Origin: Octopus vulgaris
Lineage: Eukaryota
DNA length: 64,000 nucleotides
Assembly: GCA_951406725.2 (NCBI GenBank)
Contig: OX597815.1
Location: forward strand, 147,250,001-147,314,000
Direction of reading: 5' to 3'
Numbering within the stretch: the stretch's first letter is position 1; every line of letters begins with the position of its first letter. Positions 1 to 12,168 of the stretch are shown here, one piece after another. The notes beneath the pieces were generated by a model, which made no database searches, was not told the origin of the DNA, and saw nothing but the letters and a program-made list of their open reading frames with translations. The position numbers were made by a program, and so were the translations under genes.

Positions 1-1130
1 ACAGGACAATTGGATATCATATTCTTAATATAAGACGACAAATACATTTATCAGATCTGGGTGAATGAAAGCTGTTCTGTAATATGATAAAATGTAGTTA
101 TATGAAAATTTCTATGTAATGCTGAGTTTTATGTGATTACCCCACAAAATATTAGTAATATTAATAAGCTATATTAACAAGCTTTTTCACCAGCCTTTAT
201 GGTTTTGTCTTTGATTTGAAACAATGTCTGCAATTAAATTCTTGAGCAAATTTCGACAGTAGGTCTAAACACGGGTCAAACCATCTCAAAGGAAAAGCGA
301 ATCACGGTTCAATCGAGATCCATTGGCGTATAAAAGCGCTGACTCAAGAAATAAGCAGTGGCACAGACAAGTTGTAGTAGTGAAATAGTTTAATGGAGTG
401 TTAGTGAGGTACACAAAATCTGTTTGATTATTATGGCAATCCAGTGTGGTCTATGAAAATTAACAGCTCGCTCCAGGCGTGTGTACTCGCACTCAGCCAC
501 ATACTCGAAGAGGAATTCTCCGTTTGTGATATATTCAATAATGTTGTAAGAATCCACCAGGCTGAAATGAAAATCAGATTTGTGGAAATGGAGCAATATC
601 AAGTTACACCACCCATTCATGCGGCTATTAAATTACAATAGCCATTCATGTATCATAAAGTATATACACTGTCAATAGTCCAGTTACTGCAATATTCGTC
701 CTGAGACAACATCCATTATGAAAGTGCTGTTAAAGAAACGCTATAAAATTAGTAGTAAACGATAGTTTGTCCTAACGGTGACTTGCAATCAATTGCAGTG
801 GCACATATACGTAGCTAACCACATGCTTTTGGTTTTTATTCTCTTTAGACATTTGTTACCTTATCTTACACATATAGCTTTTGTTTGTCGTTAAGTACAT
901 ATTTAAAACATAGGGGGATTCTTTTGTAAGGTGGGAAATTGCATAGTAATGAATCTCATGGTGGCCATTACACAGCTTGTGATTACATGTAAACTATGAA
1001 AAGTATTAAACTAGGTAAGGGATTTATTTCTAGATTAGAGAGTTTTGATAAAAACATATTCAATTCAACTTTTATTGAAGGTCAGCTTTATTTAATATAT
1101 TTATGTCTAATAACATAATAAATTATACTG

Positions 1131-1530
1131 ATGTACTTGCATAGCAAGTGACCTGAACTGAGATCGTGAGCTGGAACCAAAACATTTGCAGTGTGGAAGG
1201 TGTTTACAAGCCACTTAAGAAACTCAGAAAATCCGTTATATTCACTTTAACGTTTAAATTCAATTTGCCAAAATATTTTCGCAGCTTTGCGACCGTGACC
1301 TGTTCACAGACAAAATTCCGTGCTGCATCTGAGAATGTATCAGTTAGTTCACCTAACAGTTAGTTCAAATAAATATTACTTTCTCATATGCAGCACGGAA
1401 TTTTGTCAGTGCACAGGTCGTGGTCTCAAAGCGACGAAAATATTTTGACAAATTAAATTTGAATGTTTGAGTGTATCTAACGGATTTTGTGTATTTCTTA
1501 AATGGCTTATAAACACTTTCCACGCTGCAA
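1131..1530. repeat. Long imperfect inverted repeat (arms 1186-1335 and 1381-1530), likely a foldback/MITE-type repeat
   Basis: The reverse complement of 1381-1530 (ttgcagcgtggaaagtgtttataagcc...gacaaaattccgtgctgcatatgagaa) aligns end to end with 1186-1335 (ttgcagtgtggaaggtgtttacaagcc...gacaaaattccgtgctgcatctgagaa). The spacer is 45 bp. Confidence 0.85.
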
Positions 1531-2356
1531 CATAATAAATGTATCTACTAATTTTGTCTATAGTCTGCTTTATAATTGGAGGGATGTTGGAGATATCATG
1601 AATTTTGCCTCCCATTTGGTTTTACTCTTGATGCCTTTAATTTTGCAACATGGAAATTTAATTCATTTTGTATTTCTTTCTTAGACTGAAAGCAATATTT
1701 CACAAAGAAATGTATGTACATGCACAGAGACATATATGTGTCTATATTCTTTTGTGTTAACGTATATTGACAGGAACATTTCAGCACTGCTGGACACACA
1801 GATAATTTGTCCTTGTTTATCTGTGGAAATGTTTGAAAATGAAAATTCGCGTCACATATCGTTTTATAAAAAATCGATAGTTACTTGAGAATATCAACAC
1901 TGCTAAGACAAATCATGTTTTGGAGACTTCTCGTCTCGGGTGCAAGGTTCTGCGTGAAATGTTCAGCTACTAGCATTGAATGAAATAACAATTTTTCAAG
2001 AGGAATTAGAAGATACAAACATAGAGACAAGAAAATCTTTGTTCGTTCATTCACCTTATATTTAGCAACTAAACCTAAAAATGCAGAAGCTTGTCCAAAT
2101 GAAGTGATCTTTACATCATAACTAAACAAAGAAGATAGTAGTCATATCTCCATAAATCTACAAATATACGTCTGAAAATAAATATCGTATGTAGTTATGC
2201 TCTCTTGAATGTAACACGGGATGCCGGCTTCTAGAAGTGCTTTGATGTGTAGGTCTTATGCATGTAACACATTATATAGTTAGAGAGAGGTACTGCGTGA
2301 CTAATACCTATATATATCAATCAGTTTATCGATCTGTCTGTCTGTCTGTCTATCTA

Positions 2357-2413
<57 letters not shown>

Positions 2414-2701
2414 ATGTATATATATATAACGCATACACACATATTTCTACTAGTAGATCTAATTAACTTTTGGATAAGCATCAGCATCGACGTTCTCACT
2501 GACAATGCCTTGCCATTTGTATATGCACAAATGTAAGACATTTCTCAAATATATTGCGTTTCATGTACGAGGTTTCAATGGAGCTCTAAAGTGTTATTCA
2601 GGCACTCAACTATGAGTACACTACATCTTACCGCTGAAATAGTTGTAAGCTGATGAAGTTCACGATAATCAATCGTCTTTTAATTTGTCATCCCATTTTC
2701 T

Positions 2702-2725
2702 GATATATATATATATATATTTACA

Positions 2726-2823
<98 letters not shown>
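2702..2823. repeat. Compound (TA)n/(CA)n microsatellite
   Basis: Directly visible. It is one of dozens of TA/CA/GATA/TAA tracts in the window (e.g. 2337-2440, 3294-3555, 4308-4428, 32172-32425, 42194-42720, 47790-48110, 57780-58030). Confidence 0.95.
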
Positions 2824-2824
<1 letters not shown>

Positions 2825-3289
2825 ATGTGTGTGGGTTGTAAATATATAATTAAGAATAGCTCAACATATGTATCCTTTTATGAATAAAAATCTAATAAAT
2901 TGAACAGCCCTTAGTAAATATAGTTGGGACCTTAAATCTAGATCTATTAAATATAAATTAAGTTGGGAGATTATTTGTAGGTAAATATCGTATTGTATTT
3001 TACAAGATTATATACGTATATTTATTAATTTATTTAATTATTTTATTGTTTTTATCTTTAACCTGAAGAGTGACTATATTTATATTGAATTGATTTTAAT
3101 GTTATCATTGCTTTAATATAGCCACAAAAAACGTATAGTTATTCTACCAAATATATACGTTTTATTTATTACTTCGCACATTACTTAATCAACGGTATAT
3201 GCTTTTATGTTATGTTTAATTTTTGCATTAGATGTAATTGTTCCTAAATGGTACAATTTAATTGTTGAATTGATAAAAGGTGTTTTTTC

Positions 3290-3346
<57 letters not shown>

Positions 3347-3440
3347 ATGATATATATTATATATATATATATATTGTGTAATTTGTCTTAATATTTCTAA
3401 ATTGAATTTTCCCTTGTAAGTTTGGAATATTATTCCCTCA

Positions 3441-3555
<115 letters not shown>

Positions 3556-3558
3556 CAC

Positions 3559-4305
3559 ATACTGGTCTTGCACAAAATATTGGAAACACCTAGCATCATG
3601 ACATCACATTTTTACATATCTATAGAACCGTCAAAATCCTGTTTATCTTTATATTTTTTTCATTTATTATTAATGTTGCTTATTATGTTTTGCTAAACTT
3701 GCTCGTCCTTTCACATATCATCAGAAAAAGGTAATTAAAATTCATTAAAATAACAGATCTATCGGACTTCAAAAAGATCAAATTATTGGTGCTCGCGTAA
3801 TGAAGACAACCGTAATGTATGTTGCATCAAGAAGTAATGACTAAAAAGTAATGATAGCCTTTGAGAAAGAGGGAACAAATTCCTCGTCCAAGCAAAACTC
3901 AGGAAGAAAACCAAAACTTTCAGCTCCCAAAATTACTGCAGCGCTTAATGAACACTTGTATGACATTTGGCTACCCCGGTAACTATTTATTTATTTTCCG
4001 TGTTAATGTTTAATAAGGGAAAAATAAACTCATCTATATATGTAAAATAAATGCTTAAACAGAGATTTTGGTATCATAATTCAATGAAATGAAGTCTTCC
4101 TACGATCGTTTCAACGGTTCATTCCGAGAGTACATGTGAATCTTACGATTCACTTCGAAGGAATGGCCCCATCAGGAGGATAGAGCTTGTGCCAGAAATG
4201 TGTTTAATTGTTTTGGAAGTATTATTTAATTCATCTTTGACGAGTTATGGAAAATTTTAAGAGGACTGGAGGAGGTTTTTATTTGTTTTTTAATTATAAC
4301 CATCC

Positions 4306-4311
<6 letters not shown>
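3559..4311 (+). mobile_element. Degenerate, internally deleted Tc1-family DNA transposon
   Basis: The left end tactggtcttgcacaaaatattggaaacacct is followed by a decayed Tc1 transposase N-terminus (DLSDF..QIIGAR..KVMIAFEKEG.NSSSKQNSGRKPKL). The degenerate right TIR ends ...ccctgta, and both ends abut TA tracts. Confidence 0.65.
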
Positions 4312-4370
<59 letters not shown>

Positions 4371-4429
4371 TAGATAGATAGATAGATAGGTATATAGATA
4401 TATAGATAGATAGATAGATAGATAGATAT

Positions 4430-4830
4430 GCGCAGGAGTGGCTGTGTGATAAGTAGCATCCTTAACAACAACATGGCTCCGTCTTCATTCCAACTACGTG
4501 GCACTTTGGACAAGTGTCTTTTACTATAGCCTTGGGCCGACCAAAGCCTTGTAAGTGGATTCGGTTGACGGAAACAGAAAGCAGCCCGTCGTATATATCT
4601 ATATATATATATGTGTGTGATTGTGTATATGTGTTTGTCCCCCCAACATCGCTTGATAACATATGCTGGTTTGTTTACGATCTCATAATTAGCGGTTCGG
4701 CAAAAGAACCGATAGAATAAATACTATGCATACAAAGAATATATCCTGGGGTCAGTTTGCTCTAGTAAATGTAGTGCTCAGGCATGGCTGCACTCAAATG
4801 ACTGAAATAAGTAGAAAAGAAAAGAGAGAA
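4430..4830 (+). mobile_element. tRNA-derived SINE, family 1
   Basis: Head gcgcaggagtggctgtgtgataag with A/B-box-like motifs, an internal TA/TG tract and the tail gcatggctgcactcaaatgactgaaataagtagaaaag. It is homologous to the copies at 12169 and 14094. Confidence 0.85.
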
Positions 4831-4832
4831 AG

Positions 4833-4876
<44 letters not shown>

Positions 4877-4990
4877 GACGAGCTTCTTTCAGTTTCCGTA
4901 TACGAAATCCACTCACAATGCTTTGGTCGGCCCGAGGCTATAGCTGATGACACTGACACAAGTGGTTGATAAGCAAGCTACTTACTACAC

Positions 4991-5035
<45 letters not shown>

Positions 5036-6260
5036 CTGTGCTTGTGTGTGTGTATGTATGTGTGTGTGTATGTGTGTGTGTATATGTGTGTGTGTATGAA
5101 TATTTTTACATACACATGTATATGTGTGTATTTGCATATTTTTATGTTTACGATGATTCTATTGGGATTCATATAAATATATTATAACAATGAAAAATAT
5201 TTTCATGACATAGCACCACAAATTTTACAAATGTTTCCAGCTATTTGAATCAACTTATTCTTGCCCGGTACTATATTTTATCGATCCTCAAATAATCAGT
5301 ATCACTTCGTTACCGGCAAAATTTTATCTGTTTTTTTTTTTTTTGCTATTATTTACAAGCTTCTGGTGAATCCTGATAATGAAGTCTTCGATCAAAGACC
5401 CTGTGACCGTGAGTTCCATGCGATTTATCGCTTTATAAAACTGATAAGAAGGGATTTTATAAAACTGATAAGAAGGGATTTGTATGCATCTCATCGTCAG
5501 CTAAGAGGTGCATCCTGGGTTCAGTTTGCTCTAGTAAATGTAGTGCTCAGGCATGGCTGCACTCAAATGACTGAAATAAGTAGAAAAGTAAAGAGAGAAA
5601 GATATATATATATATATATATATATGTACGACGTGCTTCTTTCAGTTTCCGTCTACGAAATCCACTCACAATGCTTTGGTCGGCCCGAGGCTATAGCTGA
5701 AGACACTGACACAAGTTGTCATGCAGTGGGACTGAATCCGGAACCATGTGGTTGGTAAGCAAGCTACTTACTACACACCCTATATATATATATATACATA
5801 TGTGTGTGTCTGTGCTTGTGTGTATGTATGTGTGTGTGTATGTGTGTGTGTATATGTGTGTGTGTGTATGAATATTTTTACATACACATGTATTTGTGTG
5901 TATTTGCATATTTTTATGTTTAAGTTGATTCTATTGGGATTCATATAAATATATTATAACAATGAAAAATATTTTCATGACATAGCACCACAAATTTTAC
6001 AAATGTTTCCAGCTATTTGAATCAACTTATTCTTGCCCGGTACTATATTTTATCGATCCTCAAATAATCGGTATAACTTCGTTACCGGCAAAATTTTACC
6101 TGTTTTTTATTTTTTTGCTATTATTTACAAGCTTCTGGTGAATCCTGATAATGAAGACTTCGGTCAAAGACCCTGTGACCGTGAATTCCATGCGATTTAT
6201 CGCTTTATAAAACTGATAAGAAGGGATTTGTATGCATCTCATCGTCAGTTTAGAGGTGCA
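4743..6260 (+). repeat. ~760-bp tandem segmental duplication (4743-5511 / 5512-6260)
   Basis: Both units start atcctggg(g/t)tcagtttgctctagtaaatg and end gaggtgc. Each contains the same SINE tail, inverted SINE head (4873-4992, 5626-5779), microsatellites and unique flank. Confidence 0.9.
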
Positions 6261-6494
6261 TTCTCGTTGTCGAGTCATCGTTCATCTGATCCAAACAGAT
6301 GTGGAGTCTATTGGACCATGATATGGACGTCTGATATTTCTGGGTATCATCGGTATCGGAAAACTAAAATAGGGAGATCGATGGAAACAACACGTTGCCG
6401 AAGGCAGATAAACGATCGGCAGGTCTTGTGAAATGATACAATGGCGTTTCCTGCCACAATCAAAGTGAATCGTTGCAAAGAATCTCACCCATCT

Positions 6495-6572
6495 AATGAT
6501 GATGATCGGGATGATGATGATAATGAGGTTGACAACGATGATAATAATAACAACTTCAACAACAACAACAGC

Positions 6573-6603
<31 letters not shown>

Positions 6604-6637
6604 GCATCAACAACAACAACAACAACAACAACAATAA

Positions 6638-6731
<94 letters not shown>

Positions 6732-6861
6732 AAGAAGAAGAAGAAGAAGAAGAGGAAGGAGAAGAAGAAGAAGAAGAAGAAGAAGAAGAAGAAGAAGAAG
6801 AAGAAGAAGAAGAAGAAGAAGAAGAAGAAGAAGAAGAAGAAGAAGAAGGGCAACAACAACA
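6495..6861. repeat. Compound trinucleotide microsatellite (GAT)n-(AAC)n-(AAT)n-(AAG)n
   Basis: Directly visible. It explains the poly-N/K/L/F/R/S ORFs in the track. Confidence 0.95.
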
Positions 6862-7094
6862 GATTTTTGTTTTCTCTATAGGCACATGGCCTGAAATTTG
6901 CGGAGAGAAAACAATTCAATTATAGCCACACCATTGCTCTGTTCATATTTATTTTATCAACTTTGAACGGGTGAAACGATAGGTGGTCTAGGCTACGTTA
7001 CATTTGAACTGAGAACATACAGAGCCGGAAATTAACAACAGCAACAACAACAATAATAACACTTATAATTGCAATGTTTTCTTCTAGATCTTAT

Positions 7095-7313
7095 GTTGGC
7101 ACAAGGCCGCTTCAAGACTGGTACCCATGCAAGCGCTTGACAGGGATTTGTCGATCGCAGCACGTAACCGCTACTGGCACATAATTTATCGACGCCGAAA
7201 GAATGAAATGCAAATTGGACCTCGGCGGTATTTGAAATCAGAACTTGAATGTGGACGAAATATCGTTACGCATTTCGTCCAGAAGGTTAAAGTTTCTGCC
7301 AGCTCACCGCCTT
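7095..7313 (-). mobile_element. tRNA-derived SINE, family 2 (diverged); a further decayed copy lies at ~6865-7030
   Basis: The minus strand begins aaggcggtgagctggcagaaac and matches the family-2 consensus seen at 26610 and 53678. Confidence 0.7.
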
Positions 7314-7352
7314 AATAAATAAATAAATAAATGAATAATAATAATAATAATG

Positions 7353-7426
<74 letters not shown>

Positions 7427-7427
<1 letters not shown>

Positions 7428-7937
7428 GATGGTATAGGCACACATGAGAAAAGGTCACAGAAAACGAGAAAGCAACTATAATCTGGGATATGCCGATACA
7501 CACAGATAGAGAAATTAAGGCCAACAGACCAGATATAGTTGTCAGAGATCATGAAGAAAAAAAATGCTTTCTAATTGATGTATCAATACCGGCAGATGAC
7601 AACGTGTCTCTAAAAGAAATGGAGAAACTTTCAAAATACAAAGACCTGGATAGAGGTAACCAGAATGTGGAATCTAAAATCAGAAACAATTCCTATCATA
7701 GTAGGTGCATTAGGCATGATAAAAAATATTCAGACAAATACATAACAAAAACACCAGGACTTACAAACACATATAACATACAGAAAATTGCACTACTGGG
7801 CACCGCACACATCCTACACAGAACACTTTCCATACAATAACCATCAGAGCATCACAACAAATCACAGCACATACCCAAGGAGCACAGACCTGCGCTCGGT
7901 AGTGAAGTGAAAGCACGCTATAAAAATAAAACTACTG
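7427..7937 (+). mobile_element. 5'-truncated R4/Dong-clade non-LTR retrotransposon (restriction-like endonuclease domain plus 3' UTR)
   Basis: Translates to IWDMPIHTDREIKANRPDIVVRDHEEKKCFLIDVSIP..KLSKYKDL..QKIALLGTAHIL, the RPD..D RLE motif of R4/Dong. It carries a frameshift and is flanked on both sides by (TAA)n. Confidence 0.85.
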
Positions 7938-7952
7938 AATAATAATAATAAT

Positions 7953-7997
<45 letters not shown>

Positions 7998-8001
<4 letters not shown>

Positions 8002-8272
8002 TGGAATCTGAAAACAGAAACAATTCCTATCATAGTAGGTGCATTAGGCATGATAAAAAAATATTCAGACAAATACATAACAAAAACACCAGGACTTACA
8101 AACACATATAACATACAGAAAATTGCACTACTGGGCACTGCACACATCCTACGCAGAACACTTTCCATACAATAACCATCAGAGCATCACAACAAATCAC
8201 AGCACATACCCAAGGCACACAGAGCTGCGCTCGGTAGTGAAGTGAAAGCACGCTATAAAAATAAAACTACTG
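7998..8272 (+). mobile_element. Second, shorter 3' fragment of the same R4/Dong family
   Basis: Near-identical to 7664-7937 (MWNLKTETIPIIVGALGMIKK..QKIALLGTAHILRRTLSIQ*), with (TAA)n on both sides. Confidence 0.85.
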
Positions 8273-8290
8273 AATAATAATAATAATAAT

Positions 8291-8509
8291 AAAAATCGTA
8301 TTAACTGGAACGGCTCATGTACTGAGAAGAGGACTATCGTTGTGAAAATAACATCCATGCATGAATTTATTTATTTATTAATTTTTAAATACATATTTTA
8401 TCTGTGAATTTGCGCGTGTAATCTGGGAATGCATACAATGCCCTTCTCTGCCCTAGGTGTATGGAAAACACTCGGCGAGAAACGGAAGAAAATTTGAAGA
8501 AGAAGGAAA

Positions 8510-8510
<1 letters not shown>
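8291..8510 (+). mobile_element. 3' end of another R4/Dong subfamily
   Basis: KIVLTGTAHVLRRGLSL* followed by a 3' UTR whose end resembles the minus-strand element at 35723-36078. It lies in (TAA)n. Confidence 0.65.
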
Positions 8511-8580
<70 letters not shown>

Positions 8581-8582
<2 letters not shown>

Positions 8583-9136
8583 CCCTGATGCAGTACCAGG
8601 CAGTGGCTCTCATGGCTTCTGATCTTAACTGATTGGAAGAGGTTATCATGTACATTGTTTTGTCTTGGTATAAAAGATGGGCTACAGCAAATATTCTGCT
8701 CAATACCACAGATTTGCTTGTCAGTTGTTTGACCTTAACCAGTTGAGCATGTCCCTTAGTGGCTGACGATATGTGCATCTCTGATCACGAGCAGAAGTAA
8801 TGGGGGAGCATCATAGCCATGTGTTGAGAGGGATTCTTTGGGGTTTGAATAGTTCACCTCTGGAAACATGGGTGGTTCTTTCAACATCCTTAAACAACCC
8901 TTATTCAGGGACCGTTTGAGCGGGATGGGCTACTCAACCTGAAGAAAATTCTAACTGGGCCCCACCTGCAAGGTCATGTGCTGTTTATCTTGATATGAGA
9001 TCACCATGTCGCGCACATATGGTTGTGATGCATGTGCCTGGTGTACCTTTATCAGACGGGTAGTCATGATGGGTATATTGGGCTTCGTATATTTTACCCC
9101 AGTGTCACTTTGATGGCATGAACTGCTCTCTCACTC
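8581..9136 (+). mobile_element. ~556-bp non-coding interspersed element inserted in (TAA)n
   Basis: Bounded by (TAA)n on both sides, with no credible ORF. A second partial copy lies at 9208-9518. Confidence 0.75.
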
Positions 9137-9207
<71 letters not shown>

Positions 9208-9209
<2 letters not shown>

Positions 9210-9652
9210 TTTTGTCTTGGTATAAAAGATGGGCTACAGCAAATAATCTGCTCAATACCACAGATTTGCTTGTCAGTTGTTTGACCTTAACAAGTTGAGC
9301 ATGTCCCTTAGTGGCTGATAATAAGTGCATCTCTGATCACTAGCAGAAGTAGTGGGGAAGCATCATGGCCATGTCTTGAGAGGGATTCTTTGTGGGTTTG
9401 AATAATTCACCTCTGGAAACATGGGTGTATCGTTCAACATCCTTAAAGTAGACTAGAAGAAAATTGTAACTGGGTCCCATCTGTTAGGTCATGTGCTGTT
9501 TATCTTGATATGAGATCAAATCCCGAGAAGTACGTGGAACAAATAGGGACTGCAATAAGATTGGAGCACTTTCAGAAAAGGGCACTGCTTGGAACCGCTC
9601 TAATACTCCGGAAGGTGCTCGAAAAATGAGAGGTGTTACAGAGGTGTTACAG
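9208..9652 (+). mobile_element. Partial copy of the 556-bp element fused to an R4/Dong 3' end
   Basis: 9208-9518 matches 8656-9003 with an internal deletion. 9519-9630 encodes EKYVEQIGTAIRLEHFQKRALLGTALILRKVLEK*. Confidence 0.7.
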
Positions 9653-11589
9653 TAATAATAATAATGTAGCTAGTAAATAATTGAAAGAGTGATGGTGATA
9701 TTTTAATCCCGCCGAATAAATAATATATTTCAAATCAAGGGTAGAGTCACCACGTTTTGAAAGAATCGATAATCGAATCTCTTCCACATAATATTCTTGC
9801 CATCATACAAAAGCACGGAAGGGAGCATTTTAACATAGCACTTGCATATAAAGTTGAGTTGCTCACGACTGGAACGCTTTCTATAATCGGTCATATAGAT
9901 CATGCTTAATCTAAATTTAATGAAACAGAAATCTTTTCTCACACCGAGAGCCCTACGGTTCTATATTTTCAATAGTTTGTGTTTTCTATTTTAGATAATC
10001 ATTATACATACGCGTTAAGTATAATGCACAAAAGCCAACGAACGCTTATAGAATAAAATCAACTCTATCTACCTTTCTATCTGCCTATATGCGTGTGTGA
10101 ATATCTGAGGAGTATGTGGGGTTGAGAGTGTGTGTCTATGCGTGTGTATTTGTGTGTATGCGTGTGTGTGTATGTGTGTGTGTTGTGTGTGATTGTAATG
10201 GTTGCACACGCTATACACATAATCTTTACTGCGTATAATGTATTCATTTATGTAATATTCTTACCATAGAGATATCAATTTTTACGTTAATTCTTTCAAA
10301 ATAACCTATTGTTAATTGTATAATGTCAGATGATAAACAGAAAAATCAGGAACAAATTAATAATGTAATATCTATGAAAAAAAAATCAATTTGAGCGAAA
10401 ACAAAAACAAAAAAAACCTGTAATTCTAAGTAAAACATGAATAAAATAAATTACGAGAGAACATTATAGATAAACGGAGCCATAGTACAATAGATGCATT
10501 GACGAGGTCAATTAGAAAATTCTAAAGTAGAAAAAGCAGCAGCAACAACAACAACAGCAACATATTTTGGTATTTAGAATAAAACGAAGCAACCTCTCTT
10601 CTATCAAAAACGATCTTAATATGTTTCCTGTAAAATAGCAGGTTATTTATTTGCAAACAAGAGAACGGAGCATTTATTTTGCTGGATGTACTCCAACATA
10701 AAATGTACTGATCATCATATAGGTTTTTACAATGGGTTTTGTAATTTCTGCCAAAGTAGAAAATAAAAACTTACTTCCTTTTTGTCTATTTTAGATCGCT
10801 TGCTTTATAGGCAAATTAAAATGCGTAGATATGGTTTATAATAGTAGTTAATTTAGCGAACAAGAAAGGGATTTCAAGAATGCGGTATTGAAATGAAGAC
10901 AACAATTTTTACTCTAATACGTGAAGAATTGTATCATCTTATAGAAATATTTTTTCTATTGTCTCGTTTACATTTTTTACACGTATATAATAACGACGGC
11001 AAACACACACACACACACATACAGACACATACACACACACATACACACACACATACACACATACAAGTATTTGTGATGTTTGTAATCCCAAATCGTTTCC
11101 TAATAAATGAATTCGTTGAAACATCCCAGTGATAGCTTTGCAGTATAATGATGCATCGTAAAGGAAAATATGCCATTATGATGAACATAAGAGTGAAGAA
11201 GACAATGCAACTTCATCCTTTTTTACAAGATAGGAGCTTGTGTTGTGATATCTGAGTATTTAAGAGATTGAATTAGAACAATATTGCTCCACATTAAAGG
11301 ACTCAGCTATCCTCATACTTGTTTTATAATTATTTACTTATTTTGTAAAAGAGGGTCGTTATCGAAATTTACCAGGAAAAAAATGAACTGATAATTTTTA
11401 AATCTAGCGTATCACTCCAAATATCGTGGTCCACTTGAGAGAAAGTCAGCTAGGTATGAGATCAAATCCTGGTAAGGCTTTAAAGGAAGATTTTTAGCGA
11501 ATATTTATTTCAGGAATAAAATGTAATGCAATGTATGTGTGTATGTGTTTGTGTGTATGTGTGTATGTGTGTGTGTGTATTATGTCATG

Positions 11590-11968
11590 TCACTCAATCA
11601 GTTCCGACGATGAAGGTTCTAGTTGATGCGATCAAAGGAATTGTCTGCTCATGAAATTAATATGCAAGTGGCTGAGTACTCCACAGACACGTGTAGCCTT
11701 AACATAGTTCTCTGGGAGATTAATCGTGACACAGTTTATGACAAGGTTGGCCCCTTTAAAATACAGGTACAACAGAAGCAGGAAGAGAGATTGAGAGAAA
11801 GTTGTGGTGAAGGAGTACAGCAGAGTTCGCCACTACCCTCTGCCGGAGCGTCGTGGAGCTTCAGGTTTTTTCGCTCAATGAACACTCACAATGCCGAGTC
11901 TGAGAATCAAAATCGCCATCCAATGACCACGAGTCTTCTGTCCTAACCACTGGGTCATTGCGCCTTCA
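11590..11968 (-). mobile_element. tRNA-derived SINE, family 3
   Basis: The minus strand starts tgaaggcgcaatgacccagtggttagg (A-box-like) with a decayed B-box. Its body differs from families 1 and 2. Confidence 0.65.
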
Positions 11969-12168
11969 CATGTATAATGTATGTATGTATGAATGACGTA
12001 AATAAAGTTTTCCAAATTTCGCGGGAATCACTTTCGTCAGTGTGTGTTGTTTCATATGGCCAGAACTTAGAGATTAGTGGTTGTAATGTAGGTGAAGGTT
12101 AATTGTGCATTTTTGTAAAACTAAAGAATTCTATATAAATTCTTCATATAGGCATGTGGTAAGTAGCT

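Noticed and set aside
6441-6919. Long ORFs encoding poly-N/K/L/F/R
   Set aside because: These are translations of a trinucleotide microsatellite. The same applies to all [12 protein letters not shown]/poly-I/poly-V ORFs in the track.
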